Shown: positions 1 to 11,292, counted from the whole stretch's first letter. The stretch: DNA of 63,070 nt, filler included, from Olpidium bornovanus S191 (GCA_017911155.1; 31 parts of 31 records of this genome joined end to end with filler, not necessarily neighbours in it); one strand, 5' to 3'. The notes: generated from the letters alone by a model not told the origin. A program made the numbers and translations.

Positions 1-883
1 CCATGCGGTCGTTGATAATGTGCGAGGGGCAGTATCTACAATGCTAAAAAGCGGTGAGTGGCGAAAAAAGGTTCCTAGACCCGGTTGCAAGTACCCGCCC
101 TTTACCCCCCATCTTCCCCTCTTCGCCCGCTCCACCTGAGAATATTCCAGTGCGCTACCTTAATTTTTTTTTTTTTTTGTTTCGTCACGTTTTCAAAGCC
201 CCCGCCGTTTCCTTCCGCGCTGACAGCCAATTACACCCCGTCTCTTTACTAATTTTTTTTGGAAGCATTGGCGGATGCCGCCGAAACCGCGAAAAAGCAA
301 GAGGTATGCGGGGAGGGGGAAAGAATCTTTAACGCAAAACTTCATTTTTCAATTTTTGCACCGGAAAAATCAGTGTAAAAAAAGCAACGGCTCTGGCCGA
401 ATTTCTGTTTTGACTTTGCTGAAGGAAATTTTCTTTTCTTATCAGACTGCGCGGCAAGAGATGGACGGGTTTGCGTCCAAGTTGCAGACGGTGGTCGAAA
501 AGGGGCAAGAAAAGGCGTTCAAACTTAACAAGCCTCTGATCGAACTGCCAAAGGAGACAAAAGAGATCGAGCAGGCGAAAGCCCAGCTGGACGTCGCCAA
601 GGAGAAGTACACTCGGTTGACGACTCAGCTGTTGGACAAAGCCGGCGTAAGCGGGCGATTGCGGTTTCTTCTTCTTTTCTTTTTTTCTTTTTTTCGTTAT
701 GTTTTGTTGTTGGCGTTTTGGCGGGGGATGTTTTTCTTTTTAAACGATTCAAATCCCCGTGGGGAAGATACGTTTTGGCTCCGGGAAGTGCGAACGGAAG
801 GGGTCGACGTTGCTCATCAGAAAAAGAAAAAGGGGCGTGCGCGCGCGCGCGCGGGCTGGGGACGGAAGTCGGTAAAAATCTCT

Positions 884-921
<38 letters not shown>

Positions 922-1053
922 TTCGTGCAGATGCTGGAGGCCAAGCGCGCCGCTGACATCCCCGAGCAAATCGCTGCTCTCATGAGGTCCGGGCTCAACT
1001 GCCACTCGGCGGGTCAAGTGGCATACCAGCGGCCAGCGACGGGCGGCGGCTGA
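1..1053 (+). CDS. Arfaptin-homology (AH)/BAR-domain protein, 3' part; exons 1-53, 266-303, 446-646, 931-1053
   Basis: GT-AG introns with consistent phases give ...ALADAAETAKKQE/TARQEMDGFASKL...AKEKYTRLTTQLLDKAG/MLEAKRAADIPEQIAALM. By eye this matches the arfaptin C-terminal helix pattern ([22 protein letters not shown]...HKEKYDKMR...KLKFLEENK). Confidence 0.65.
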
Positions 1054-1286
1054 GCCCTCCCCTCCCCCCTCCCCAATCATAAAAAAATAAAACCTCTCTT
1101 ANNNNNNNNNNNNNNNNNNNNNNNNNNNNNNNNNNNNNNNNNNNNTTAATTAATTAANNNNNNNNNNNNNNNNNNNNNNNNNNNNNNNNNNNNNNNNNNN
1201 NAAAAAAAAAACTCGGGAGATCATATACTCGGAAGAGGGAAGGCGTGTCTTGGGCGAGACCGCGAGAGCGACCTCCTTAGTCCACC

Positions 1287-1317
<31 letters not shown>

Positions 1318-1908
1318 TCCCCCCCCCCCCCGCGCCCGTCACTCGTCCCCCGACCCCCCTCCGCCCGCGTCCCCCGCCCACCCCCGTCGACTTGACCGCA
1401 AACTATGCAAATTGACATCCTTCCTAGAAGAGTGTGACCAATGAGAACCGTATAAATCATAACGAGAGCATTTCCTTCCTCAATCACCATCGAACTATGA
1501 AACGACAGAAAATGCACACGCGACCCTGGCACTGAAACACGTGCGGATGCCGTTGCCATCCATCGGACTCCCAGACTACACGCCCTCACAGGAACACTGC
1601 CATCGTTCAGTCCGAGCTTGCCAAGTTCGGGGATGACAGCATTGCGTACGCATCCATTAAAAAAGGCCGCCGATACTCCAGGAGAGGCCGTTTCACGAAA
1701 ATCGAAACGGCAACTAGAAACCCCTGGGCCCAACCCTACCTAAGACCTGAGATGGTTGGGGGTTCCTGCCGTCCGTTCATCTCGTTGGAGGTGTTGGCGG
1801 GTGAAGTCTTGTGACTCCTTGGTGAACGCTTCTACGTTCCACCATTAGATGTGGTGGATGTAAAATATGCCGGTTAAAAACTTCCTTACATATTTGCCGC
1901 GTGGCAAA

Positions 1909-2269
1909 TTAATCTGACATTGCGGGCGTGCCGGCGGCCGCACCGGGCGAACTAGCTACTTGGGCGACGGAAACTCGTGGGGACGCGTTGTTCGGCTGTT
2001 TCTTCTTCTTCGCTTGGGCTTTAACCGTCTTTTCGGGCGGGTAGGCCAGCTCAGCGATCTCCTGCAGTTCAGGGCTCTCCAGGAATGTTTTTCGCACTGG
2101 CTCGAGCAGCTCATTCACCGAGTCCGCGACGGCCTTCTTAAGGGCGCCCGGGTGAACTATCTTCTCGGCAAAGTCCCGCTCCAGCGCCTCAGGGTCCTTG
2201 TAGGTGACATCGCCGCCATACTTTTCGGGGCGCCGGATTGTAAACGAGGCCTGCGCGCCGTCCTTCATG
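1909..2269 (-). CDS. TYS1: Cytosolic tyrosyl-tRNA synthetase, C-terminal fragment
   Basis: FTIRRPEKYGGDVTY...LERDF...VHPG(A)LK..V...NELLEPVR..F...ELAYP is the eukaryotic TyrRS anticodon-domain signature. Truncated at the contig end. Confidence 0.9.
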
Positions 2270-2369
2270 NNNNNNNNNNNNNNNNNNNNNNNNNNNNNNN
2301 NNNNNNNNNNNNNTTAATTAATTAANNNNNNNNNNNNNNNNNNNNNNNNNNNNNNNNNNNNNNNNNNNN

Positions 2370-2940
2370 AAGGAAAATAGGCGAGAATTCAACAACGCGG
2401 GGCTCCAAGCTTTTGCGTGTGATGGGGTGCAGGGGCAGTCGGTAGGGGGCTATGGTTGGCGGGGGTTCCCGCGTGTGGCGCTGGGGGGGGAAGGGGGAAA
2501 GGGGGAAGGCTCTTCGATTGGCGCTTCGAGGTGGGAAGGGGGGGAGCGCTCTTCGATTGGCAGGCTTCGAGGGGGACTATTCTATTGGTCGGCCCCCGGG
2601 TTCGGGGGCCGTCCTGCCCTTGATCCTGCCGCCGCCTCCGCCCTTTGCCCGCCTCTCGCCCTTTGCCCTGCGCCCTTCGCCCGTCGCCCCTCGCCCGCCG
2701 CCCCTCGCCCGCCGCCCGCCTTTCGTGGCGTCGGTCGACAGGCGGTTCGAGGGCCGTGCTACAGCAAACCCTATTTGAATGCTGCGTGCATTCTCCAAAT
2801 CTGCGCTGCGTGCGCTAAGTGCTTTGATCACGGGTTTTTCCCTGATGCGATCAGGTTTTACTGAGATCACCAATGAAGTACGATCACGCTCACCTGGCTC
2901 TGTAGGCTGAGTGTCCGCTGAGCGAGGAGGAGTGTTGTGA
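2370..2940 (+). mobile_element. Degenerate Ty1/copia fragments (integrase-like) interrupted by an LTR-like insert
   Basis: 2371-2433 reads ENRREFNNAGLQAFACDGVQ (copia integrase DNGxEFxN motif). A TLFE-like segment follows the insert. Purine tract GAGGAGGAG followed by TGTTG near 2926-2939 resembles a PPT/LTR junction. Confidence 0.45.
2434..2763 (+). repeat. ~330-bp GC-rich LTR-like (solo LTR-like) element, copy 1
   Basis: Highly similar to 61019-61333 on the minus strand. Ends in GCCGTGCTACA; start GGCAGTCG versus GTAGTCG in copy 2, consistent with TGTAG...CTACA termini. Confidence 0.75.
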
Positions 2941-3163
2941 ACCGAAAGAGTACGCTCTACGGTCACGTGCCAAGACCCGGAGGGGAGCTCCCCCTGGAGC
3001 TCTTCCTCCCGGCGTCAAACGCAAACAACGGAAGGGAAAAGGAGAGAGGAAGGAAGACGGAAAAGAGAGAGCCCATTTTTCCGCAACAGAGCGCATGCCA
3101 ATAGTACAGGCGGAACGGCAACTCCCGCACGAGGAAACCGTTCCCCCCCGCCGCACCCCAGGA

Positions 3164-3424
3164 ATGCGCTGGCCCTTGGATGGCCTCGCCCCGCTCTTCG
3201 CCGCTGCGGCCGTCTCGGCGGCGCTGACGGACTGCCAAAAGTCAATCGTCCAGCAGACGACAAACATTTTCGAGAACAGCCAAAAGAACTTCGCTTTCGA
3301 CTACTGTGCCGACATCAACGACGGGAGGGGCTACACCTGCGGAATAGTCGGGTTCACAACGTGAGAGGGAGGCCTTGCTCCTCCTCGCCCCCATCTTCTC
3401 AGTCTCTCCGTCTCTCTCCCGCTG

Positions 3425-3490
<66 letters not shown>

Positions 3491-4374
3491 CTCGCTCTCT
3501 CTCTCGCCTCTCTCTGTTTCCCTCTTTCTCCTTCTCCGTTCCGTCCCGCCGTGAGGCCGCGGGACGATGGCCTTCCGGGGCCCGCGCCCCGCACTCAGAT
3601 CAGGCACTCTCTACTTTCGGGCCGCCGCGCCACACACTCTTCCGCAGGGCAACGCACGATGCCTACGACGTGGTCAAGACGTACGCGACCCTCCCGAACT
3701 ACACCGCCGAGTTCGATCCGTACCTCTCGCGGCTCGCCCAAATCAACGAGAGCGGCGCCGCCTCCACCTCGGGGCTGGCGGGCTTCTGCGATGCATGGTA
3801 CACCGCGGCGTCCAACCCGGCGTTCCGCCAACTCCAAGTCGCCAAAGCCGACTCCCTTTACTACGCCCCGTCCCAACACCTGGCCGACCTCATGGGCCTG
3901 ACCCTGCCCGTCTCGAGAGGCCAGTTTTACGACGCCGCGGTACAGATGGGCACCGCCGGCGACGCCGACTCCCTCCCCTCCGTAGCCGCCCGCACGCCGC
4001 GGCCCGCGGACATGGCCGAGGCCGAGTGGATCGGGAGACTCATGGAGGAGCGCGCGCGGACGCTTTGCAATCCCGCCGACCGCGCCACGCAGAAGGCGTG
4101 GTGCGCGAGCACGTATCGGGTGGCGTCCTACCAGCACGTCCTTGCGACGTCGCAGGCCAACTTCACGGACTCGCTCAGGGTGCTCGACAACGACGGGAAG
4201 GAGGTCGCCGTCGGCTGCGACCTGGACCTCTGGACGGCCTACGTCCCGGGCCCGCGCCCGTCGGCCGGCCTTTCTGCGGGAGCGGTCGCGGGCATCGTCG
4301 TTTCCGCGCTGGTGGTTATAGCCGTGGCGGCTATCTTGCTGCGCAGGCGGTTGAGGAAACAAATCGGGAAATAA
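3164..4374 (+). CDS. GH46 chitosanase with signal peptide and C-terminal transmembrane helix; join(3164..3360,3648..4374), 307 aa
   Basis: IFENS (catalytic Glu) and DINDGRGYTCGIVGFTT/ATHDA (catalytic Asp) are GH46 motifs. Also YYAPS, GQFYDAAVQMG. The phase-2 intron 3361-3647 (GTGAGA...CCGCAG) restores the frame. C-terminus AVAGIVVSALVVIAVAAILL followed by RRRLRK. Confidence 0.9.
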
Positions 4375-4929
4375 AGTGCCACGTTTGCACTCTGAAGGAG
4401 ATCTCGATACAGAAAAAGAGATCATGCACTGCAAACCAAAAATTTACAAGTCTCCTGGGAAAAAAAAACGTTTGGCGCACTTTACGGCCGCTTTCCCAAT
4501 TGCCGCGCATACGGCACCTTCGAACGGTGCATGCGGCCCGGTCGGATGGCGCGCGCCTCACGTTCAAACGGCGCACGCGGCACTTCCAACGCCGCCCCGT
4601 GCCGCACATACGGCACGTTCAAGCGGCACATTTCGGAACGTTCAAAACAGCACATGCGGCACAATTTATACGGCGTATACAGCACACCCCGTGGTACAAA
4701 CGAACGGCCACACTCCACCGGCAGGTTCGGCACATTACGGCACTCCAAATGACACGTGCAGCCCAGAGAAACTCCGTCCGAATTTTGGAGGTCGGAAGCT
4801 GGAAATCGCTTGGATCAAACTCTTCGTGCGGTTAGCCCAGGTAACCCTGCCGAACCTACTGCGTACTCTCCGACTACACCTCTAATCGGTATGGCCGTTG
4901 TCTTCGCTTCGAGTACATCCCCGACGATT

Positions 4930-5089
4930 CGAACCCTTCGTCAAGGTCCGCCGCCGAGGACGTGGAGACAGGCGATGGCCTCATACGATGCTCCGTACTG
5001 GCTGCCGGCTGCTATCAAAGAATACGGTACCCTTACTGCATCCCCGGCCTGGCATATCATCAGACGGCCAGCCCATTATCTCCTCCATG
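4930..5089 (+). mobile_element. Ty1/copia pol fragment (start of the RT region)
   Basis: PPPRTWRQAMASYDAPYWLPAAIKEYGTL...WHIIRRP matches the copia EPxTYxEAM...W..AM..E..SL...TW.LV..P motif. Runs into the contig end. Confidence 0.7.
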
Positions 5090-5412
5090 NNNNNNNNNNN
5101 NNNNNNNNNNNNNNNNNNNNNNNNNNNNNNNNNTTAATTAATTAANNNNNNNNNNNNNNNNNNNNNNNNNNNNNNNNNNNNNNNNNNNNAAGCGGTACCA
5201 CCCCTATCTCCGGGTCCTTTGACCAACACTCAACAAGAATCCGCCCCTTGAGTATAAACTTGATCACTTTCTTCCGCTAAAACAAAAAAAAACCGTTGTC
5301 GTTCAGCATGGAAAACACAACAACTTTCCGCGTCAACGTCTGGTCTCCACTGAGAGTGCTTTTTTCATGGACCTCCAATTTCCAAGTTCTCCACGACGAC
5401 TACGTTGCCCAC

Positions 5413-6628
5413 CTTGTTGGCATCGTTCTTCCTAACCGCCAGCTTCGCGAAACCGTATGCGCCTTCGCCCATGGTCTCGAGCAGCTGATAATCATTGATG
5501 GACTTGGGTTTGATCTCCAGTCCGAATGCGGCAGCCTTTTCCTGATCCGCCGGAGTCTTCGGCTCCAGCTCTGCGAATTTCTCAGCGGGTTCTCCCTCGC
5601 CTCGGAACTCGGGCCCGTCCTGCTTCTGTGCCACGTCTGGCGCAATCTGGTCGTTATCGTCCGGATGGAGCAGCGACCTGTCGTACGTGATCCAGATCGC
5701 GTAGGCGGGAGCTCCCATCTCCGCGTGGCTTCTGAGGACGCGGATTTGGATGTCGATGCTGATGGGAAAGCCGTCCCGGTGCATTCCCGTGATGCCCGTC
5801 ACGGAGGATGCGCCGGGTGACATCGGGTTCACGGAGGGAGAAGGCGCTTCGGAAACGCCGGTGGCCGACTTGTCGGCGGGCGGCGGCGGCGCGAGCGGCG
5901 GTGCTGACGGGACAAGCGGCGCGGGCGGCTGCGCAGCAGGCGCGCGGGCGGAATCCGTTGTCGTTGTCCGTGTAGAATCGTCCTGTGGAGTTGCGGGTAT
6001 GGCCGACAGCCTGCCGCCGCCCGCCGCGCCGCGCCCGTCCGCGGGGTTCGGCGCCATTCGCGGGAGAGGCGAGAGCGTGGCCTGCATTCGCCAGTACGAC
6101 GACGACAGGATCCTCGGCGAACGCGCACTCGCCGGCGCCGGCGCCGCGGACGCCAGGTCCTCTGGCAAGTTCTGAATCAGCTGGGGAAACTGCGGGATCA
6201 GGACCGAGATGTTCTTTCGGCCTTCCACGAGCTCGGCGGCAGAATACGCGAACATGTGCTTCAAAAACGAATCGTTGCCCGCAGTTATCGTCCCGTCCAA
6301 CGATGTAATCACCATCCCGCTTATCGTGACCAGCGAGGTTATTGTCAGGCACAGGGGGACGTCCGCGCCTTTCGACCTCTGCGGAGCGTCATCTTTCAGT
6401 TGCAGAGTAAGCGGGAAGCAAGAGCCGTCCGCAAATTTTCCCGCGACAAAACTCCGCCGTGCAAGCTCTTTGAAATCCAGCTTCTTCCGGCCGCCGTCGG
6501 CGAACTCGGCCGACGTTCTGGGGACGGCTGGAAAAATATCCGTGATATTAGTATCCTTCAGCTCCGCACCTGTGTGACCAAAAATGTCTTTTAGCGCGCC
6601 AGACGCGTTCTGGATGACGCCCTGCATG
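5413..6628 (-). CDS. PAS-domain Ser/Thr kinase (PSK1/PSK2/PASK family), internal exon
   Basis: Two PAS-like segments (GKFADGSCFPLTLQL; SGMVITSLDGTIT...NDSF...FAYS..EL), then GMHRDGFPISIDIQI...YAIWITY and the kinase start DYQLLETMGEGAYGFAKLA. Donor after NDANK. Confidence 0.88.
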
Positions 6629-6948
6629 NNNNNNNNNNNNNNNNNNNNNNNNNNNNNNNNNNNNNNNNNNNNTTAATTAATTAANNNNNNNNNNNNNNNN
6701 NNNNNNNNNNNNNNNNNNNNNNNNNNNNACCCCGGCGGCAAAAACGCGTCCGTGTCGACGGCGGGAAAGCGCGGAAGTTATCTACTTCGCGCACACCCTC
6801 TCCCCGCGACCTGTATTTTTCGTTCGGAAAAAAAAAAAAAAAAAAAAAATTCACCGGGCCCTTTCTCGCCCCCCCCCCCCTTTCCTGCGCATGAAACCAA
6901 AAAAAAAAACAAAAAAAAAAATTAAAAACCAGCACAAGCCTTTTTCAG

Positions 6949-7459
6949 CTTCCACACGGTGAAGGTCCTGCAGCGGACCATAGAGTGCGACGCCCTGGAG
7001 CAGCACCTGTGCGGGCTCGCCGGGTCGTGGTACCGCGGCTCGGGAGGGTCTTCCGCGGGCCGCCGCCCCCACCGGCCGGGCGAGTTCGAGTTCATGGGCG
7101 CCCGCAAGTTCCACCCGGGTCTCCTGCGGTCGCGCCCGCCGCCGCCGCCGCCGCCGCCGTCGTCGTCCGTGGCGCAGGCGCGGCCGGCGCCGCACGCCAT
7201 CGCCGCCGCCCCGGGGGGAAGCCGGCAGCCGACCGCCACCATCGAGGAGCTCGCGCGACGAGCGGCTGAGGGACGGAGGAGAAGGAGACCGCCCCCTCGT
7301 CCTCCGGGGAAAGCCGCGTGGGGGCCGGGCGCGGCTGCGGCGTCGTCACAGCGTAGCGAGAGCAGGAAGAGGATGGCGAGCGCAGCGGCGCGCGGCGTCA
7401 CGTACGACGAGGAGAACAAGCAGCAGAAGTGGAGGCACGGCGAACAGCCCTGGAGGTGA
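6949..7459 (+). CDS. Hypothetical protein, 3'-terminal exon
   Basis: A pyrimidine tract and CAG acceptor precede an open frame FHTVKVLQRTIECDALEQHLCGLAGSWY...GEFEFMGARKFHPGLLR. No family recognised. Confidence 0.4.
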
Positions 7460-7902
7460 AAAGAAAGCCCCCGATGAACAACTTCACCCACGGAACGGAA
7501 ATGATTTTGAACTCTTGGATCAGAATGTTTACACAAGGGGTGCAACTGCAACATAACCCGTACAATCACCTAGGCACTCACGCTCGACGCCGTTTCCCAA
7601 TGCTGGAAAAGGGAAACTGGCACGATTGGCACCCCAAACGCAATTAATATTACATTCAAGCGCGACCCCGCCAGCTACGGCAAACTAACTAATCCATCAA
7701 TCTCCGTCTTTTCAACGTCATACAGCCAGAGGTATTCGTGAGTGCGATCTGAGTGCATTTTTTTCCCGAGCCATTGTTCGTAGCTTGACGGGAAAAGGGC
7801 AAAATGAATGCGTCCCGTAAACTGTCGTGTTGCCCTCGAGTGTGTTGTGTTTGCCCAGTTTCGATAGCCCTTCAACTATCCCAATCTTAGTTGTTCTCGC
7901 CG

Positions 7903-8525
7903 TCACCAGCCAGTCCCTCCTCCGCCGGAGGAATGCGATTGCGGGGCATCCCAACCTCCGCCACCCCCTCCGCCGCCAGATGCGGCCGAGTTCGGAGCGT
8001 CCCATCCGCCACCTCCACCGGATGCACCTGATTTCGGTGCTTCCCAGCCGCCGCCTCCACCTCCCGTAGTACCGCTGCTCTGAGTCCACTCGTTGCCTCC
8101 TCCGCCTCCTGCAGTGTTGACACCGCCATAGCCGCCGCCACCTCCTTCAGAGCCATAGCCACCACTGCCGCTTCCGAAACCCCCTGAGCCTCCTCCATCA
8201 CCTCTTGAATTGTTGTCGCCGCCTCCGGAACCGTTAGCGAATCCGCCTCCGCCTCCGGTGTAGCCATTGTCACGATCGCGGGCTGAGATCCAAGCATCGA
8301 CAAGCAGTAATCAATCATCTGGTGCGTTTTATAACCAAATGATAAACGGTAATGACATTGACAAATTCTACCACTCACGCTTTCTCGGTTCCGGACAGTC
8401 TCGCGAGATGTGGTCAGGAGACCCGCAGTTGAAGCTGCGAGGGGAACAATTAAACCTCATCAAATGCAGCCATTCTGCACCTTTCCAAGGTACTCACCAA
8501 TCGCGTGGTGGACCACCGTCACGGG
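7903..8525 (-). CDS. CCHC zinc-knuckle protein with Gly-rich, GW-repeat C-terminal tail (3' part); exons 8525-8498, 8434-8379, 8282-7903
   Basis: Spliced translation PRDGGPPRDC/FNCGSPDHISRDCPEPRKP/RDRDNGYTGGGGG...GGGWEAPKS...GGGWDAPNS...GGGWDAPQS...GTGW*. Both introns are GTGAGT...AG and in phase. This frame is absent from the ORF track. Confidence 0.85.
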
Positions 8526-9643
8526 CTGGAACGTAAAATGGCCACCGAGACAAAATATTGTTGGCTTAAAATAACCCCGAAATGCTTCCCAGCCAATCGC
8601 ATGACNNNNNNNNNNNNNNNNNNNNNNNNNNNNNNNNNNNNNNNNNNNNTTAATTAATTAANNNNNNNNNNNNNNNNNNNNNNNNNNNNNNNNNNNNNNN
8701 NNNNNCATGTAATTTTACCTCCGTCAGAACCTGCCAGTGGTAAAAACGTCAGACAGGATAAAGGTGAAGCGAAAACCAAGATTCTGGGAATGATGCGTTT
8801 TTTTTAAAGGCGTTTTTGGCTGTACTATTAAACGAAAGAGTTTGAAATTGTATTTGCGTCAGTGAACAAATCAACGGACCACCTGGATGAGATGAAGATA
8901 TCACTTGAAGCGGCAAAAAAAAAAAATAAAATTTGACGCATCGCGCCGGACCTGTAAGTGAAAAAAAAAGACAACAGCCGGCTTTTGATCGAAACCTTTA
9001 TCACAGTAAAATTATGATTTTTCAGTGTGACACAAAGCAAATTCCCGAAATTCAAAAATCTTGTTTTCTCTTTTTGGCTCTTTGTTGGACTCTGAACTTT
9101 CTTTGTGTTAGCAAGGGCGCATTAGCATGTTTGCCGGCTCCCCAAGTTGGAACGTTCTGTTGACCACGCCGAGCCCGCTCGATCAAGTATTTTCTTTCAA
9201 TTTCCAAAGTTTCCACCTTCGTGATTAGGTCCTGGGCCGCCTTGCCTTTCCTCATTTTCGGAACGTCGGTCTCGCCAAACGTTGTCAGTCTCACTTTGTT
9301 GTGTTATGGAGGGCACGTGCTCAACGGCAAGGGGGGGGGGGGGCTGCCCCTGTCGTAAAGATTTCTCTCGTCTATCTGTTTCCAATAAATCTGTAAGGGT
9401 TGTAAATGCGTTGAAGGCCTCGCTCGACCTGTGGCATTCATTGGCAATCTTGTAAACAATCAATCTACTGTAATCACCCTTGATGACCTTTCGCTACAAC
9501 ATAGAGAGTACTAAATTATCTATATAAATATAATTATAGAGCTCATCTGATTCGCTCGTTTCAAACTTTTCGAATTTGGCCGCTTTAACAACTAACCAAT
9601 TGTGGTAATAAAAGACGGCGTTCTAAAGTTCGTCAAGCGGTAA

Positions 9644-9674
<31 letters not shown>

Positions 9675-9874
9675 CAAAAGTGCCGTCGATGGAACGGGCG
9701 GACCGGCCCGGCGCCGACCACGCGTCGTCAGGCGGCGGGGCGGGACGTTAGGGCGGCGGTGCGGCGCGGGGCAAAACTTCGGGGTGCAGGGCGCGCCGGC
9801 ATCGAGCGGAGGTGCGTGGCCCTGCACGGCCGCAATGCGCGCGCTAAGCACGCGAGGGGCGGGAGGTAGCGGCG

Positions 9875-9914
<40 letters not shown>

Positions 9915-10755
9915 CGGGGGGGGGGGGGGGGGGGGGGAGTGAGCGACGGGGCTGTTCNNNNNNNNNNNNNNNNNNNNNNNNNNNNNNNNNNNNNNNNNNN
10001 NTTAATTAATTAANNNNNNNNNNNNNNNNNNNNNNNNNNNNNNNNNNNNNNNNNNNNCATGGTTGTACCGCGGACGGGGTAGGGGCGGGGAGATAATTAA
10101 ATAACTTTAGTAAATGTTAAGCTTAAGAGCAGCAATCAGCTTTTTTTTTTCTACTTTGTCTTTTTCTTCTGCTTTGGCGGGGAAAGTCGGTCTGAGCTCA
10201 TAGACCGTTGTACTTCGGGGCCGAGAAGCAGAGCGTCACCGGGCGCCGCCACGAAACCGAGGAGGAGCGGTCGCACAAAAAACATTCGGCTGTCTGTCTG
10301 TATGTATTTTCGGGCTGTCTGCGCCAGGCTTCTTTCTTTCATGCGGCGGCGCCTCGAGAGGGATCCTGCGGCCGCAAAAGGGCAAAAGGGCAAAAGGGCA
10401 AAAAGAGGAAGGGGGGGAAGGGGCCGGCGGTTGGAGCGCGTCTGTGGCTGGAGCGCGTTGTGCCCCGCCGCGCCACGGGGTCCCTCGTACGTATTTTCTC
10501 CACGCCGGCGGGGGGGCGCTCCCCACTGTTCGGGACCCGCGCCGCGTTTTCGTTTTCTTTTTCTTTTTTTTTTTTTCTCTTTTTGTTAAAACTCTCCTGG
10601 CCAGGCCACGGCGGCCGGCCGACGCACGCACACGCGGAAGCGGAGCCGGGAAGGGCCTGGCTCCCAGGTTTTTTCCCGCCGCGCCTTCCTCCTTCTGGGC
10701 GCGCGACAACGCCGAACGGGCCGGCGCGCGCGCGCGCCCGCCGGAGAGACAGACC

Positions 10756-11292
10756 ATGCGGCCCCGCAGCTCTCGCTCCTTTCGCGGCGAAACCCAAGGC
10801 AACTCGCGCCCCGCTCTCTGCGTGGTGAGCAGGCGAGCCATCAGGATCACGTTCAGGACAAGGGTGGCCGTTTGGGCTGGTTCGCTGACGTTGCTGTGCG
10901 TCAGCGTCATGGCGACGGTGGCGTGGTTGATATCGGTGAAACGGCTGTCGTCCGAGCTGGCGACCAGACTCTCGACGATCAGCGACCTGCGGAAAGAACA
11001 GATCCTGGACTTCTTCGAGAACGTTTTCCTCGTTGCGGGGCTCATATCATCCAGAGTGCTGATCCAGAGCTACATGCTGCATCTGAAGAAGGGAGAGGTT
11101 GTATCACAGCAGCTTGCGCAATCGGCGGGAGAGGCCCTCATTAGTGCAACACAATCCGCCGAACATATTGTCATGGCGGAGTTCATCTCCGAGAATGGGA
11201 CGTCGGTACTTCGCAACTGGAAGCCTCCATTCAACGATCCAGCTCATCAGAACCTTAACTACACGTTTGATGATGATGGCTCGGTCGATAAA
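10756..11292 (+). CDS. Sln1/TcsB-like transmembrane hybrid histidine kinase, N-terminal sensor portion
   Basis: IRITFRTRVAVWAGSLTLLCVSVMATVAW (TM), then RLSTISDLRKEQI...ISSRVLIQSY, resembles the N-terminus of fungal Sln1-type osmosensors. The kinase domain is not in the contig. Confidence 0.6.

Noticed and set aside
1146-1157. Regularly recurring TTAATTAATTAA
   Set aside because: Artificial scaffold linker, not a biological motif.
2140-2150. TyrRS HPGALK instead of the conserved HPxDLK
   Set aside because: It would arise from the same GGT>GGG single-base miscall (AAGGTCG to AAGGGCG), so it is probably an error.
4871-4879. CCGACTACA, the reverse complement of the LTR start TGTAGTCG
   Set aside because: It lies within an open frame continuous with copia pol, with no matching LTR start or clear PBS, so it may be chance.
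8828-9463. Short minus-strand frames (e.g. DLITKVETLEIERKYLIERARR)
   Set aside because: I could not build a consistent spliced model or assign a family.
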